Below, one piece after another: positions 25,005-33,827 of a DNA stretch of 64,000 nt. The translations under genes were made by a program, and so were the position numbers. The stretch comes from Actinomycetota bacterium (lineage in GTDB: Bacteria > Actinomycetota > Acidimicrobiia > Acidimicrobiales > JAJPHE01). The notes under the pieces were generated by a model. The model had not been told where the DNA came from. It saw nothing but the letters and a program-made list of their open reading frames with translations, and searched no databases. Each line of letters starts with the position of its first letter. Positions within the stretch are counted from its first letter, which is position 1. Location of the stretch: NCBI GenBank assembly GCA_027315345.1, contig DAHUYE010000060.1, positions 99,949 to 163,948 on the forward strand, in the 5' to 3' direction.

Positions 25005-26665
25005 ACGACCGGGGCGGCTTCCGGGCCACCGACCTGGCCGTGGTGATACCCACCCGCCAGCGTTGGGAGACGCTGGGCCGCTGCCTCGACGCCCTGGCCG
25101 TCCAGACCCAGACCGGCTTCGAGATCATCGTGGTGGCCGACGGCCGGGACCAATTCCCCGATCTGGGTGACCACGCCGGCGCCGTCACCCTGCTGGATCA
25201 GGACCACGCCGGGCCGGGGGTGGCCCGCAACCACGGCGTCGCCCACAGCCGGCGCCCCCTGATCCTGCTCATGGGCGATGACATGATGGCTGACCCCGGC
25301 CTGGTGGCTGCCCACCTCCAGGCCCACAACCGCCGACCGGATACGGCCGACGCCGCCCTGGGCCTGGTCCGCTGGCACCCCGATTCCTCCGGCGGCGCCA
25401 TCCAGCAGTGGCTGGAGTGGTCCGGCACCCAGTTCGACTTCACGGGTTTGAGCGAGGGCGAAGAGGCGGGCTGGACCCGCTTCTACTCCTCCAACGTCTC
25501 GGTCAAGCGGGAGCTGTTCGAAGCCGTGGGCGGGTTCGATCCCGACTTCGCCTTCCTGTACGAGGACACCGAGCTGGGCTGGCGCCTGGAGCAGGCCGGG
25601 ATGCGCCTGTGGTTCGAGCCCGGTGCCCTCACTCTCCACGACCACCGCTACGACTGGGCCGGCCTGCGCCGGCGCTTCGAGACGGCGGCCCGGGCCGAGC
25701 GGCGCATGGTGGCCAAGCACCCCTGGTTCAAACCATGGTTCCGGGCCAAGGCCATCGAAGCGCTGACCACCAGGCCCCCGGCCCCGGGTTGGGTCGGTCT
25801 GGCCGACCGCCTCCCGGACATCCCGTTACGCCAGAAGGCCAGGGACGAGGCCAACCGCTGGTACCACCGCCAGCTGGCCCCCTTCTTCCTCAACGCCTGG
25901 GCCGCCGAACAGGACATGGAGGAGTTGGCCGCCTATCTGGGCGAAGACTTCGACCTGAACCGGCTGCACCGGCACACCCATGTCATCGAGGCCGAGCTGG
26001 CCGACGCCCCGGATGAGGTCACCTTCTACCGGACCAGCCAGGCCTACCTCTACGACCTGACCGCCTTTGCCGCCTGGGCCACCAAGATCCCCTATCGGAC
26101 CGATGTGGCCCGCTACGCCCCTCCGGGATCGAAGTTGCTGGATTACGGCTGTGGGATCGGGACGGACGGGCTGCGGCTGGGGGAGTTGGGATACCGGGTC
26201 GACTTCGCCGATTACGACAACCCCTCCACCCGATACCTGCGCTGGCGGCTGGCCCGGCGCCAGATCGACGCCCGGGTCTATGACATCGACACCGAGGAAC
26301 TCGGCACCGGTTACCACCTGGCCTACGCCCTCGACGTCATCGAACACGTCGAGGATCCCTTCGACTTCCTCCGCCGGCTGGAGGCGGCCGCCGATCTGGT
26401 GGCCGTCAACTTCCTGGAGCCCGACCCGGACGACACCCACCTGCATCACCGGCTTCCCCTGGCGGCGTTGATGGATCACGCCGAATCCGCCGGCCTGTTG
26501 CGCTACCGGCTGTATCACGGCCGGTCCCACTTCGTCGTCTACCGCTCGAGGCGCACCGACCGGTCCCGGCTGATGTCGGGGACCCGGCGGCGGGCGGGCG
26601 TCGCGCTCTCCGGACCGAAGTGGTGGCGGACCCCGGGCGCCTACGGCGGGAAGGCCTGGATCTAA
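25001..26665 (+). CDS. Bifunctional fusion: N-terminal GT2 glycosyltransferase plus C-terminal class I SAM methyltransferase
   Basis: The N-terminus has LAVVIPTRQR...EIIVVADGRD...MGDD. The C-terminus has LLDYGCGIGTDG (motif I), DFADYD, ALDVIEHVEDP. The GTGA overlap with the upstream acyltransferase gives 554 aa. Confidence 0.8.
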   Translation: MNDRGGFRATDLAVVIPTRQRWETLGRCLDALAVQTQTGFEIIVVADGRDQFPDLGDHAGAVTLLDQDHAGPGVARNHGVAHSRRPLILLMGDDMMADPGLVAAHLQAHNRRPDTADAALGLVRWHPDSSGGAIQQWLEWSGTQFDFTGLSEGEEAGWTRFYSSNVSVKRELFEAVGGFDPDFAFLYEDTELGWRLEQAGMRLWFEPGALTLHDHRYDWAGLRRRFETAARAERRMVAKHPWFKPWFRAKAIEALTTRPPAPGWVGLADRLPDIPLRQKARDEANRWYHRQLAPFFLNAWAAEQDMEELAAYLGEDFDLNRLHRHTHVIEAELADAPDEVTFYRTSQAYLYDLTAFAAWATKIPYRTDVARYAPPGSKLLDYGCGIGTDGLRLGELGYRVDFADYDNPSTRYLRWRLARRQIDARVYDIDTEELGTGYHLAYALDVIEHVEDPFDFLRRLEAAADLVAVNFLEPDPDDTHLHHRLPLAALMDHAESAGLLRYRLYHGRSHFVVYRSRRTDRSRLMSGTRRRAGVALSGPKWWRTPGAYGGKAWI

Positions 26666-27915
26666 GACAGTTCCAGGCGCCGCCCCGGAGGGCGGCCGGA
26701 GGCGAAACGGGCGGCGGCGGCGGTCAGCCAGGCTTCGAAGCAGTCGGCCAGGGCCCGGCTGGTGAGTTGGGCGGCGGTGCGGTGCCCCGCCTCGACCAGG
26801 CCCGCCCGCCGGGAGGGGTCAGCCGCCAGGGCGCTCACCGCCCGGGCCAGGGCGGGCGGATCACCGGCCGGCACGCACAGGCAGTTGTACCCGTCCCGCA
26901 GGTATTCGGCCGAACCGCCCAGACAGGTGGACACCACCGGCGTCCCACAGGCCATGGCCTCGAGGGGCGTGAGGCCGAACGGCTCCTGCCACCGGCTGGG
27001 AAAGACCAGCACATCGGCGTCCCGGTAGAGCGCGGCCAACTCCGAGCGGGGCCTCTGGTCGAAGCGCACCCGGGCGCTCAGCCCCAATTCCTCGGCCCGG
27101 GTCTGCAGGGCGAGGCGTTCCTCCACATGACCGGGACCGACCACGTCCAGGGTGCTGCCGGCCGGCAGCAGGGCCAGCGCCTCCACGGCGGTGACCGGGG
27201 CCTTGTCCGGGTCCAGCCGTCCGATGTAGAGAAGCCGGCCGCGCCAGGAGGCGGTCGACGTGGCACCGTCCGGCCCGGTCGGGCCGAACTCCTCGGCCTC
27301 GTAGCCGCTGTAGACCACGGCCGAGTCGGGATAGGTCCAGCGGCTGTGCTCCTCGGCGTAGCGGCGGGTCCAGTCGCTGACGAACAGGAAGGTGCCCGAG
27401 GAGCCGATGTCGGGCAGGGTGGTGGGCAGGCCGGTCAGCGCCGACGCCACCCGTCCCATCCGGGGCCGGTCGGACCACCCGGTGACCCAGGCGTCCTGAT
27501 CGGGGCCCCACACCAGCCAGTCGTTGCACACGGCGTAGACCAGGGGCAGGCCGGTGTCCGCCAGCCGGTGCAGCACTCCCATCGACAGCGCCCCCATGGT
27601 CCAGACACAGACCACCTCGGGCCGGGCCCGGGCCAGGGCGGCGTCGAGGGCGCGGCGGTTGTGCCATTCCATCCGGGCCCGCTCCCGCCGCGGCGGCACC
27701 ACCACCCGGTGGTCGTTCCAGTACAGCCGCAACGAGCGGATCACATCGGCGGCGGGTCGGAAGTCATCCGGGACGGTGGGGTCGCGCCAGTCGCTGGTCA
27801 GGACGGTCACCTCATGGCCCCGTCCGGCCAGGCGCTCCAGCACGTCGGCGGCGGAGCGGTCCCCGCCCAGCGACCACGGCGGGTAGAGATTGGTCAGGGC
27901 CAGGATCCGGGTCAC
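26662..27915 (-). CDS. Family 4 (GT-B) glycosyltransferase
   Basis: RILALTNLYPPWSLGG at the N-terminus and an E-x7-E-type motif FPSRWQEPFGLTPLEAMACGTPVV. Confidence 0.85.
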   Translation of the reverse strand: MTRILALTNLYPPWSLGGDRSAADVLERLAGRGHEVTVLTSDWRDPTVPDDFRPAADVIRSLRLYWNDHRVVVPPRRERARMEWHNRRALDAALARARPEVVCVWTMGALSMGVLHRLADTGLPLVYAVCNDWLVWGPDQDAWVTGWSDRPRMGRVASALTGLPTTLPDIGSSGTFLFVSDWTRRYAEEHSRWTYPDSAVVYSGYEAEEFGPTGPDGATSTASWRGRLLYIGRLDPDKAPVTAVEALALLPAGSTLDVVGPGHVEERLALQTRAEELGLSARVRFDQRPRSELAALYRDADVLVFPSRWQEPFGLTPLEAMACGTPVVSTCLGGSAEYLRDGYNCLCVPAGDPPALARAVSALAADPSRRAGLVEAGHRTAAQLTSRALADCFEAWLTAAAARFASGRPPGRRLELS

Positions 27916-27935
27916 CGGTTCCCTACACTCCCCCG

Positions 27936-28736
27936 GTGCCGCCCAGCCCCGCCCCCGCCCGCCGGACCTGGTACCACACCATCGACCTGCCCTCGGGGCC
28001 GACCCCGGGCTACTTCGACACCCGGGACGCTCCCCGCCATGTGCCCTGGCCGGCGGGGATGAAGGGGGCCCGGGGTCTCGACGTCGGCACCTTCGACGGC
28101 TTCTGGGCCTTCGAGATGGAACGCCGGGGCGCGGCCGAGGTGGTGGCGCTCGACCTGGACGACATGACCAGGATCGACTGGGCCTACGACCACCGGCGCT
28201 CCGGGCCGGAGCGGATCGCGGAGTGGGGCTCCGAGCGCGGTCCCGGCTTCCGGGAGGCGGCCGACGCCCTCGGTTCCAAAGTGGTCAGGGTGGGCCGCTC
28301 CGTCTACGACCTCGACCCAGCCGTGGACGGGACCTTCGACGTGATCATCTGCGGGGCCCTGCTCCTGCACCTGCGCGATCCGGTCCGGGCCCTGGAGGCC
28401 ATGCGCTCGGTGTGTCGGGGATCCCTGCTGCTGGTGGAGTCGGTCGATCCTTACCTGGAGCTGGCCGCCCGTCGGGTCCCGTCCGCCCGCCTCTGCCCGG
28501 AGTGGGACGAGTGGTGGCGGGTCAACTCGGCCGGACTGTGCACCATGGTGGTCACGGCCGGCTTCAACATCCAGGCGACCGGTAAGCGCTTCCTCGTCCC
28601 GCTGGGGCCGGGAGCACCCCCCGACCTGCGCCTGTCGGGCCTGGCCGGGTGGCTCTGCGGCCGGCCCGGGCAGAGGGGCCTGTTGACCCGGGCCCTCCGG
28701 GCCGAGCCCCGGCCCCCTCACGACGCTCCCGGCTGA
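27936..28736 (+). CDS. Class I SAM-dependent methyltransferase (WYHTIDL-type, DUF1698/CmoB-like fold)
   Basis: WYHTIDLPSG...GLDVGTFDGFWAFEMERRGAAEVVALD...FDVIICGALLLHLRDP. Its 3' end overlaps the convergent GT2 by 19 nt. Confidence 0.75.
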   Translation: MPPSPAPARRTWYHTIDLPSGPTPGYFDTRDAPRHVPWPAGMKGARGLDVGTFDGFWAFEMERRGAAEVVALDLDDMTRIDWAYDHRRSGPERIAEWGSERGPGFREAADALGSKVVRVGRSVYDLDPAVDGTFDVIICGALLLHLRDPVRALEAMRSVCRGSLLLVESVDPYLELAARRVPSARLCPEWDEWWRVNSAGLCTMVVTAGFNIQATGKRFLVPLGPGAPPDLRLSGLAGWLCGRPGQRGLLTRALRAEPRPPHDAPG

Positions 28737-29653
28737 GACCGCCGCCGGGCCGCGGCCGCCTCCTGCAGGTAGCCCCCGGCCCGGGCCAGGGAGCCGGCCG
28801 AGTGCAGCAGCACGCTGCGGTGCCAGGGCCCCTGGCGCAGGATGCTGCGCTGCTCCCGGGCCAGCTGGCGCAGGCCATCCCCGGCGCCCCGATCGGGGCG
28901 GGAGGACAGCACGGTGCGGTCCAGCAGCCAGTCCGAGCGGCCCTGGGCCTGCATGCGCCGCAGCACGTAGGAGGGCCGTAACCGGGCCTCGATCAGCTCA
29001 TGGGTGACCAGCGCCCCGGCCACGTAACCGATGGTCCCCCCGGCGGACCGCACCTTCCGGCAGACGTCGACATCGTCATCGACCATCGGCCGCCCGGCGT
29101 AGGGCCCCAGCCGGGGGTCGAAGCCGCCGGCGGCGGCCAGCGCATCGGCGTCGAAGGCGGCGTTGGCGGTGAGCAGATAGTCATCGGCCGCCAGGAGCCG
29201 GTCCTCGCCCCCCCGGTCGTACTCGGCCAGAAAGGCCAGCAGCGCATCTCCCATCCAGGCCGGAACCGGAACGGCCCGGTCCAGGCGGACCCGGCCCCCA
29301 CAGGCGGTCCAGCGCCCGCTTCGCACCGGGGCGGTGATGCGCTCCAACCAGTCGGGTTCGGGCCAGCAGTCGTCATCCAGGAAGGCCACCACCCGGCGGC
29401 TGACCGACAGGCCCCGGTTGCGGGCGTTGGAAGCGCCTGGTCGGGGCTCGTCCACCACCCTGACGCCGGGCCGGTCGGCTTCGGCCACCACCCGGTGGGC
29501 CACCGGATCAGCGGCGCTGGCCACCACCACCACCTCCCAGTCCAGCCCGGGGGCGTGCTGGGCCCCCAGGGCCTCCAGGGCCCGGGCCAGACCGGCCGGG
29601 CGGTTCCAGGACGGCACCACCACCGTCACCCCCTCGGGGCGGGAGCTGCTCAC
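28718..29653 (-). CDS. Family 2 glycosyltransferase
   Basis: VTVVVPSWNRP...WEVVVV...FLDDD. The GTG at 29653 overlaps the upstream stop (GTGA). Confidence 0.8.
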   Translation of the reverse strand: MSSSRPEGVTVVVPSWNRPAGLARALEALGAQHAPGLDWEVVVVASAADPVAHRVVAEADRPGVRVVDEPRPGASNARNRGLSVSRRVVAFLDDDCWPEPDWLERITAPVRSGRWTACGGRVRLDRAVPVPAWMGDALLAFLAEYDRGGEDRLLAADDYLLTANAAFDADALAAAGGFDPRLGPYAGRPMVDDDVDVCRKVRSAGGTIGYVAGALVTHELIEARLRPSYVLRRMQAQGRSDWLLDRTVLSSRPDRGAGDGLRQLAREQRSILRQGPWHRSVLLHSAGSLARAGGYLQEAAAARRRSQPGAS

Positions 29654-30603
29654 CGGAATCCCCGGACCGGATCGGGCCGCAGGGAGCCGTTCCCCCTGGC
29701 CATGGCCCGGGCCTCCCGGGACCACCGCTCGGCGGCGGCGTGATCCCGGCGCAGCCGGGCCAGGGCCCACTGCTCGGTGCAGGCCAGGGCGCTGACCGAT
29801 CGGTAGAGGCGGGTGGCGGCCCCGCCGTGGGCGCGGCGGTAGAAGTGCAACAGAGAGGCCGTTTCCAGCTCGATGCGGGCGGGGCCGAAGGCCAGGGTCC
29901 CGGAGGCGTTGCCGATGTGGCGGAACACGGCGCCGGGCTCGAAGAGAATGTCCCAGCCGGCCTGGTGGGCCCGCCAGCACCAGTCCAGATCCTCGGCGTA
30001 CATGAAGTACTCCTCATCGAAGCCGCCGATCTCCTCCAGCGTCGCCCGCCGCATGAGCAGAGCTGCGCCCACGGCCCAGTCCACCCGCCGGCGCCGGTCA
30101 TGGTCCCAAAACCCTTCGAGCATCTCCCGCTCCAACTTGCGCGGCGCCATCCAGTGCCGGGCCCCCAGGGCGTGGATGAGGGCCATGCGCACAGTTGGAA
30201 AGGGATGGGTGGAGTGTTCGAGGGTCCCGTCCGGGCGCTCCAGGCGGGGGGCGACGGCGGCGGTGGTGGCCAGCTCGAAGGACGAGCGCAGTAAGGCACC
30301 CACCGCTCCGGGCTCGGGCCAGGCGTCCGGGTTGAGGGCCAGGAACCAGGGCGCGTCTCCTCTCTGGATCAGCCGGTTCATGCCGGTGCCGAAGCCGAGG
30401 TTGCGGTCATCGGCGTCCAACTCCGCTTCCGGCACCCGGGCCCGGATGGCCCCCGGCGTGCCGTCGGTCGATCCGTTGTCCCGCACCAGGAGCCGGAACC
30501 GGCACCCCTGGTCGGTGTCGAGGAGGCGGCGCAGGGCCTCCACGGTGAGATCGGCGGTGTTCCACGTCACCACCCCGACATCGACGTCGTAGCCGGCGCT
30601 CAA
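29650..30603 (-). CDS. Family 2 glycosyltransferase
   Basis: VGVVTWNTADLT...LLVRDNGSTDGT...NLGFGTGMN...NPD (rhamnosyltransferase-like GT2 pattern). The TTG at 30603 overlaps the wzt stop (TTGA). Confidence 0.8.
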   Translation of the reverse strand: MSAGYDVDVGVVTWNTADLTVEALRRLLDTDQGCRFRLLVRDNGSTDGTPGAIRARVPEAELDADDRNLGFGTGMNRLIQRGDAPWFLALNPDAWPEPGAVGALLRSSFELATTAAVAPRLERPDGTLEHSTHPFPTVRMALIHALGARHWMAPRKLEREMLEGFWDHDRRRRVDWAVGAALLMRRATLEEIGGFDEEYFMYAEDLDWCWRAHQAGWDILFEPGAVFRHIGNASGTLAFGPARIELETASLLHFYRRAHGGAATRLYRSVSALACTEQWALARLRRDHAAAERWSREARAMARGNGSLRPDPVRGFR

Positions 30604-31787
30604 CGCTCGACGCCGAAGCGGCCCTCCAGGTCGGCCACCCCGTCGGCGGCCGGGCGGGACGACACGAAGAAGGCCAGGGGAGCGCTCGTACCCACCTGGG
30701 CCCGGTCGCCCTCTCCCAGCCCGAGGGCCAGGGTGTAGCTGCCGGTCACCAGGGCGGCCCGGAAGGACAAGGTGACGGCCACCACCGAGCCGGCCGTCAC
30801 CGGTCCGCTCAGCACGGTGCGGTCGGAGTCCGAATAGGCCGGCCCCCCGGACTCGGTGACCACCCCCACGCCGAGAGTCGGCTCGCACACGGCCTGGTCG
30901 AAGTGAATGGTGGCCCGCACCGTGGCCCGGTCGCCACCCTGGAGATGGCGGGTGGGCGTTCCGTCCGGGCCCAGCAACTCGACCGCCTCGAAACGAGCGA
31001 CCCCGTCGACCCGAGCCGGGCTGTCCTTCAGGTGACCACCCTCCAGGTGGCGGGCCTCCCCCAACAGGTCGTGGTAGACGGATATGGCCTCGGTGGTGTC
31101 GCCCATGAAGACCAGGGCCCCGGCGTTGATCACACCGGTGCGCTCGCACATGATGCGGACGGCATTGAGGTTGTGGCTGACCACCACAATGGTCGTCCCG
31201 GCCGCCTTGATGGCCATCATGCGGTCGAAGCACTTGAGCTGGAAGGAGAGGTCACCGACTGAGAGCACCTCATCCACCAGCAGCACGTCGGGCCGAGCCT
31301 GGACGGCCACCGCGAAGCCCAGCCGCACGAACATGCCCGAGGAGTAGAACTTGACCGGAGTGTCGATGAACGCGGCCAGCTCGGAAAAGGCCACGATCTC
31401 ATCCAGGGACGAGTCGATCTCCTTGCGGGTCATGCCGAGAATGATCCCGTTCACATAGACGTTCTCCCGCCCGGTCAGCTCCGGATGGAAGCCCACCCCC
31501 ACCGAGATGAGGGGGGCCACCCGCCCCCTCACCGCCACGGTCCCCTCGGTGGGGGCGGTCACCCCGGCCAGCATGGAGAGCAGGGTCGACTTGCCCGAAC
31601 CGTTGCGGCCGATCAGGCCCAGGCACTCGCCCCGGCCCAGCTCCAGATCGACATGGCGCACGGCCCACAGGGAGGAACGCCGGGTCCGCTGGCGGAAGCG
31701 CAGGGCCGCCGTCACCAGCATGGGGGCGTCCTCGTACTTGGTGAAGCGCTTGCCGACCTCATGCATCTCCACCACCGGCAGGGTCAC
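30600..31787 (-). CDS. wzt: Polysaccharide ABC exporter ATP-binding protein (Wzt/TagH type) with ~145-aa C-terminal extension
   Basis: Walker A GRNGSGKST, YSSGMFVRLGF signature region, LLVDEVLSVGD. A beta-rich C-terminal domain follows the NBD. GTGA overlap with wzm. Confidence 0.85.
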   Translation of the reverse strand: MTLPVVEMHEVGKRFTKYEDAPMLVTAALRFRQRTRRSSLWAVRHVDLELGRGECLGLIGRNGSGKSTLLSMLAGVTAPTEGTVAVRGRVAPLISVGVGFHPELTGRENVYVNGIILGMTRKEIDSSLDEIVAFSELAAFIDTPVKFYSSGMFVRLGFAVAVQARPDVLLVDEVLSVGDLSFQLKCFDRMMAIKAAGTTIVVVSHNLNAVRIMCERTGVINAGALVFMGDTTEAISVYHDLLGEARHLEGGHLKDSPARVDGVARFEAVELLGPDGTPTRHLQGGDRATVRATIHFDQAVCEPTLGVGVVTESGGPAYSDSDRTVLSGPVTAGSVVAVTLSFRAALVTGSYTLALGLGEGDRAQVGTSAPLAFFVSSRPAADGVADLEGRFGVER

Positions 31788-32617
31788 AGCAGGTCCGTGA
31801 AGACACGGTTGAAGCGGCGGTGGAGGGAAGCACCGGCTCCGAGCAGCAACACGGTCCAGATCACGCTCACCACTACGGTCTTGGCCCAATCGGCATCGGC
31901 ACCCGCCGTGGCCGCCCGCATGAGCTCGACCACCCCGGTGAGGGGATTGGCCACCACCACCGCCCGCAACAGGCCGTGGACCAGGCTGAGCGGGTAGAAG
32001 ACCGGGGTCAGGTAGAACCAGCCGATGACGGCGGCGGTCACTAAGTAGCGGACGTCGCGGAAATAGACGTGCAGGGCGGAAGCCACCATGCAGGCACCGG
32101 CGGTCACGGCCACGGCCAGGGCGGTGGCGGGCACGATCCACAGTGTGTGCAGTCCCAGGCCCACTCCGAGGAGCGGACACAGGGCCAGGGTTATGACCAG
32201 GGTGATGCTGTAGCCGTAGAGGTTGGCGATGACGCTGACCAGAGGAAGCACGGCCCGGGGAAAATAGATGCGCGTCGACAGGCCCGAACCATCCACTATC
32301 GATGTCGACGCCACCGACAGTGTGTTGGAGAAATAGGTCCAACCGACCATCCCGATCAACACGAACACGGCGAAGTTGGATCCCGTGTGCACCCGCACCA
32401 CCCTCGAGAACACCACGGCCAGCACCAGGGCCTGGAACAGGGGCAGGCCGACAGCCCAGAGCAAGCCGAGTGACGCCCGGCGATAGCGGACGTAGAAGTC
32501 CTTCCGGGCCAGGATGGCTATGAGCTCCCGCGACTGCCACAACTCGCTCCACAGCTGAGGCAACGGGGTGAGCTCTCCCTCGAGCACAAAGCCCTGCCCG
32601 AGGGGGGGTGAGTCCAT
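31784..32617 (-). CDS. wzm: ABC-2 type polysaccharide exporter permease (Wzm/TagG type)
   Basis: LWQSRELIAILARKDFYVRYRRASLGLLW (ABC-2 signature region) and about 6 TM helices. ATG at 32617. Confidence 0.85.
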   Translation of the reverse strand: MDSPPLGQGFVLEGELTPLPQLWSELWQSRELIAILARKDFYVRYRRASLGLLWAVGLPLFQALVLAVVFSRVVRVHTGSNFAVFVLIGMVGWTYFSNTLSVASTSIVDGSGLSTRIYFPRAVLPLVSVIANLYGYSITLVITLALCPLLGVGLGLHTLWIVPATALAVAVTAGACMVASALHVYFRDVRYLVTAAVIGWFYLTPVFYPLSLVHGLLRAVVVANPLTGVVELMRAATAGADADWAKTVVVSVIWTVLLLGAGASLHRRFNRVFTDLL

Positions 32618-32642
32618 TGGGGGGAGTGTAGGTTCGCCGCTC

Positions 32643-33827
32643 GTGGCCCAACGGCTCCGGATCGCCCTGGTCCATCCCTTCTGCTGGCCGGAGGTGCGGC
32701 GGGGAGGAGAGCGGCTGCTGCACGATCTGGCCTGGTACCTGGCCCGAGCCGGCCACCAAGTCGAGCTCATCACCGGATCGTGGGCCGGTGCCTCCGTCAC
32801 CGAGGAGGATGGCGTGGTGGTCCGCCGCCATCAACTGCACGACCCGTCCGTACTGCGCCGCCGCCGGCTCGGGCCCACCGAGAGCTTCGGCGCCACCGCC
32901 GCCCTGGCCCTGTCCCACCGTCGCTACGACGTGGTCCACTCACTCACTCCGTCGGGAACCCTGGCCGCCAAGCTGACCGGGCACCGGGCCGTCTACACCG
33001 TCCTCGGCCATCCCAGTCCCGATGACCTCGCCCTGCGCCCGGGAACGGCCACCCTGTTCCGCTCCGCCGTGCGATGGGCCGACATCACCACCGCTCTGAG
33101 CCGGTCGGCCGCCGACCGGGTCGGCGCCCTCACCGGACGGCGGAGTCGACTCCGCGTCCTTCCTCCCGGTGTCCGCCTGGACCTGTTCACCCCGGACCTC
33201 CTACCCCGGCTCGGCCCGATCCGGGTCCTCTTCGCCTCGGACGCCTCCGAGGTCTACAAAGGGGTCCATCACGCCCTGGCCGCTCTGGGCGGGTTGCGCC
33301 GGACCCATCCCGACGCCCGGCTGGTGCTGTGCGGGCCCGGGGACCCGGGCTGGGTGGTGGAGGGCATCAAGGATTCGGTGGATCCCTCCCTGGCCCGGAT
33401 CGATCCGCTGGCCGTCGACGGCCTGGGGGCCGAAGGAGCCGGCCTGCTGACCGGGGCCACCGACCGGCTGACCGACGTGGCCCCCGGCGGCCTCCCCGAG
33501 TTGTACCGCTCGGCCACCGTCACCGTCCTGCCGTCGCGGGACGAGGCCTTCGGGCTGGTGCTGGCCGAGTCCCTGGCCTGCGGGACGCCGGTGGCCTGTT
33601 CGGCCGAGGCCGGGATGATCGAGGTGGTCGACCGGCCCGAGGTCGGGCGCACCGCCCGCTTCGGGGACGACGACGGCCTGGCCCGGGCGTTGGCCGAGGC
33701 GGCCGAACTGGCCCGGCTGGCCTCCACCCCGGCCGTCTGTTCGGAACACGCCCGCCGTTGGGGCTGGGCCGAATCGGTCGGGCCGGCCTACGAGGCCCTG
33801 TACCGGGAAGTGACCGGCCGGGGGTGA
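32643..33827 (+). CDS. Family 4 (GT-B) glycosyltransferase
   Basis: RIALVHPFCWPEVRRGGERL at the N-terminus and LPSRDEAFGLVLAESLACGTPV. GTG at 32643, only 25 nt from the divergent wzm start. Confidence 0.8.
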   Translation: MAQRLRIALVHPFCWPEVRRGGERLLHDLAWYLARAGHQVELITGSWAGASVTEEDGVVVRRHQLHDPSVLRRRRLGPTESFGATAALALSHRRYDVVHSLTPSGTLAAKLTGHRAVYTVLGHPSPDDLALRPGTATLFRSAVRWADITTALSRSAADRVGALTGRRSRLRVLPPGVRLDLFTPDLLPRLGPIRVLFASDASEVYKGVHHALAALGGLRRTHPDARLVLCGPGDPGWVVEGIKDSVDPSLARIDPLAVDGLGAEGAGLLTGATDRLTDVAPGGLPELYRSATVTVLPSRDEAFGLVLAESLACGTPVACSAEAGMIEVVDRPEVGRTARFGDDDGLARALAEAAELARLASTPAVCSEHARRWGWAESVGPAYEALYREVTGRG

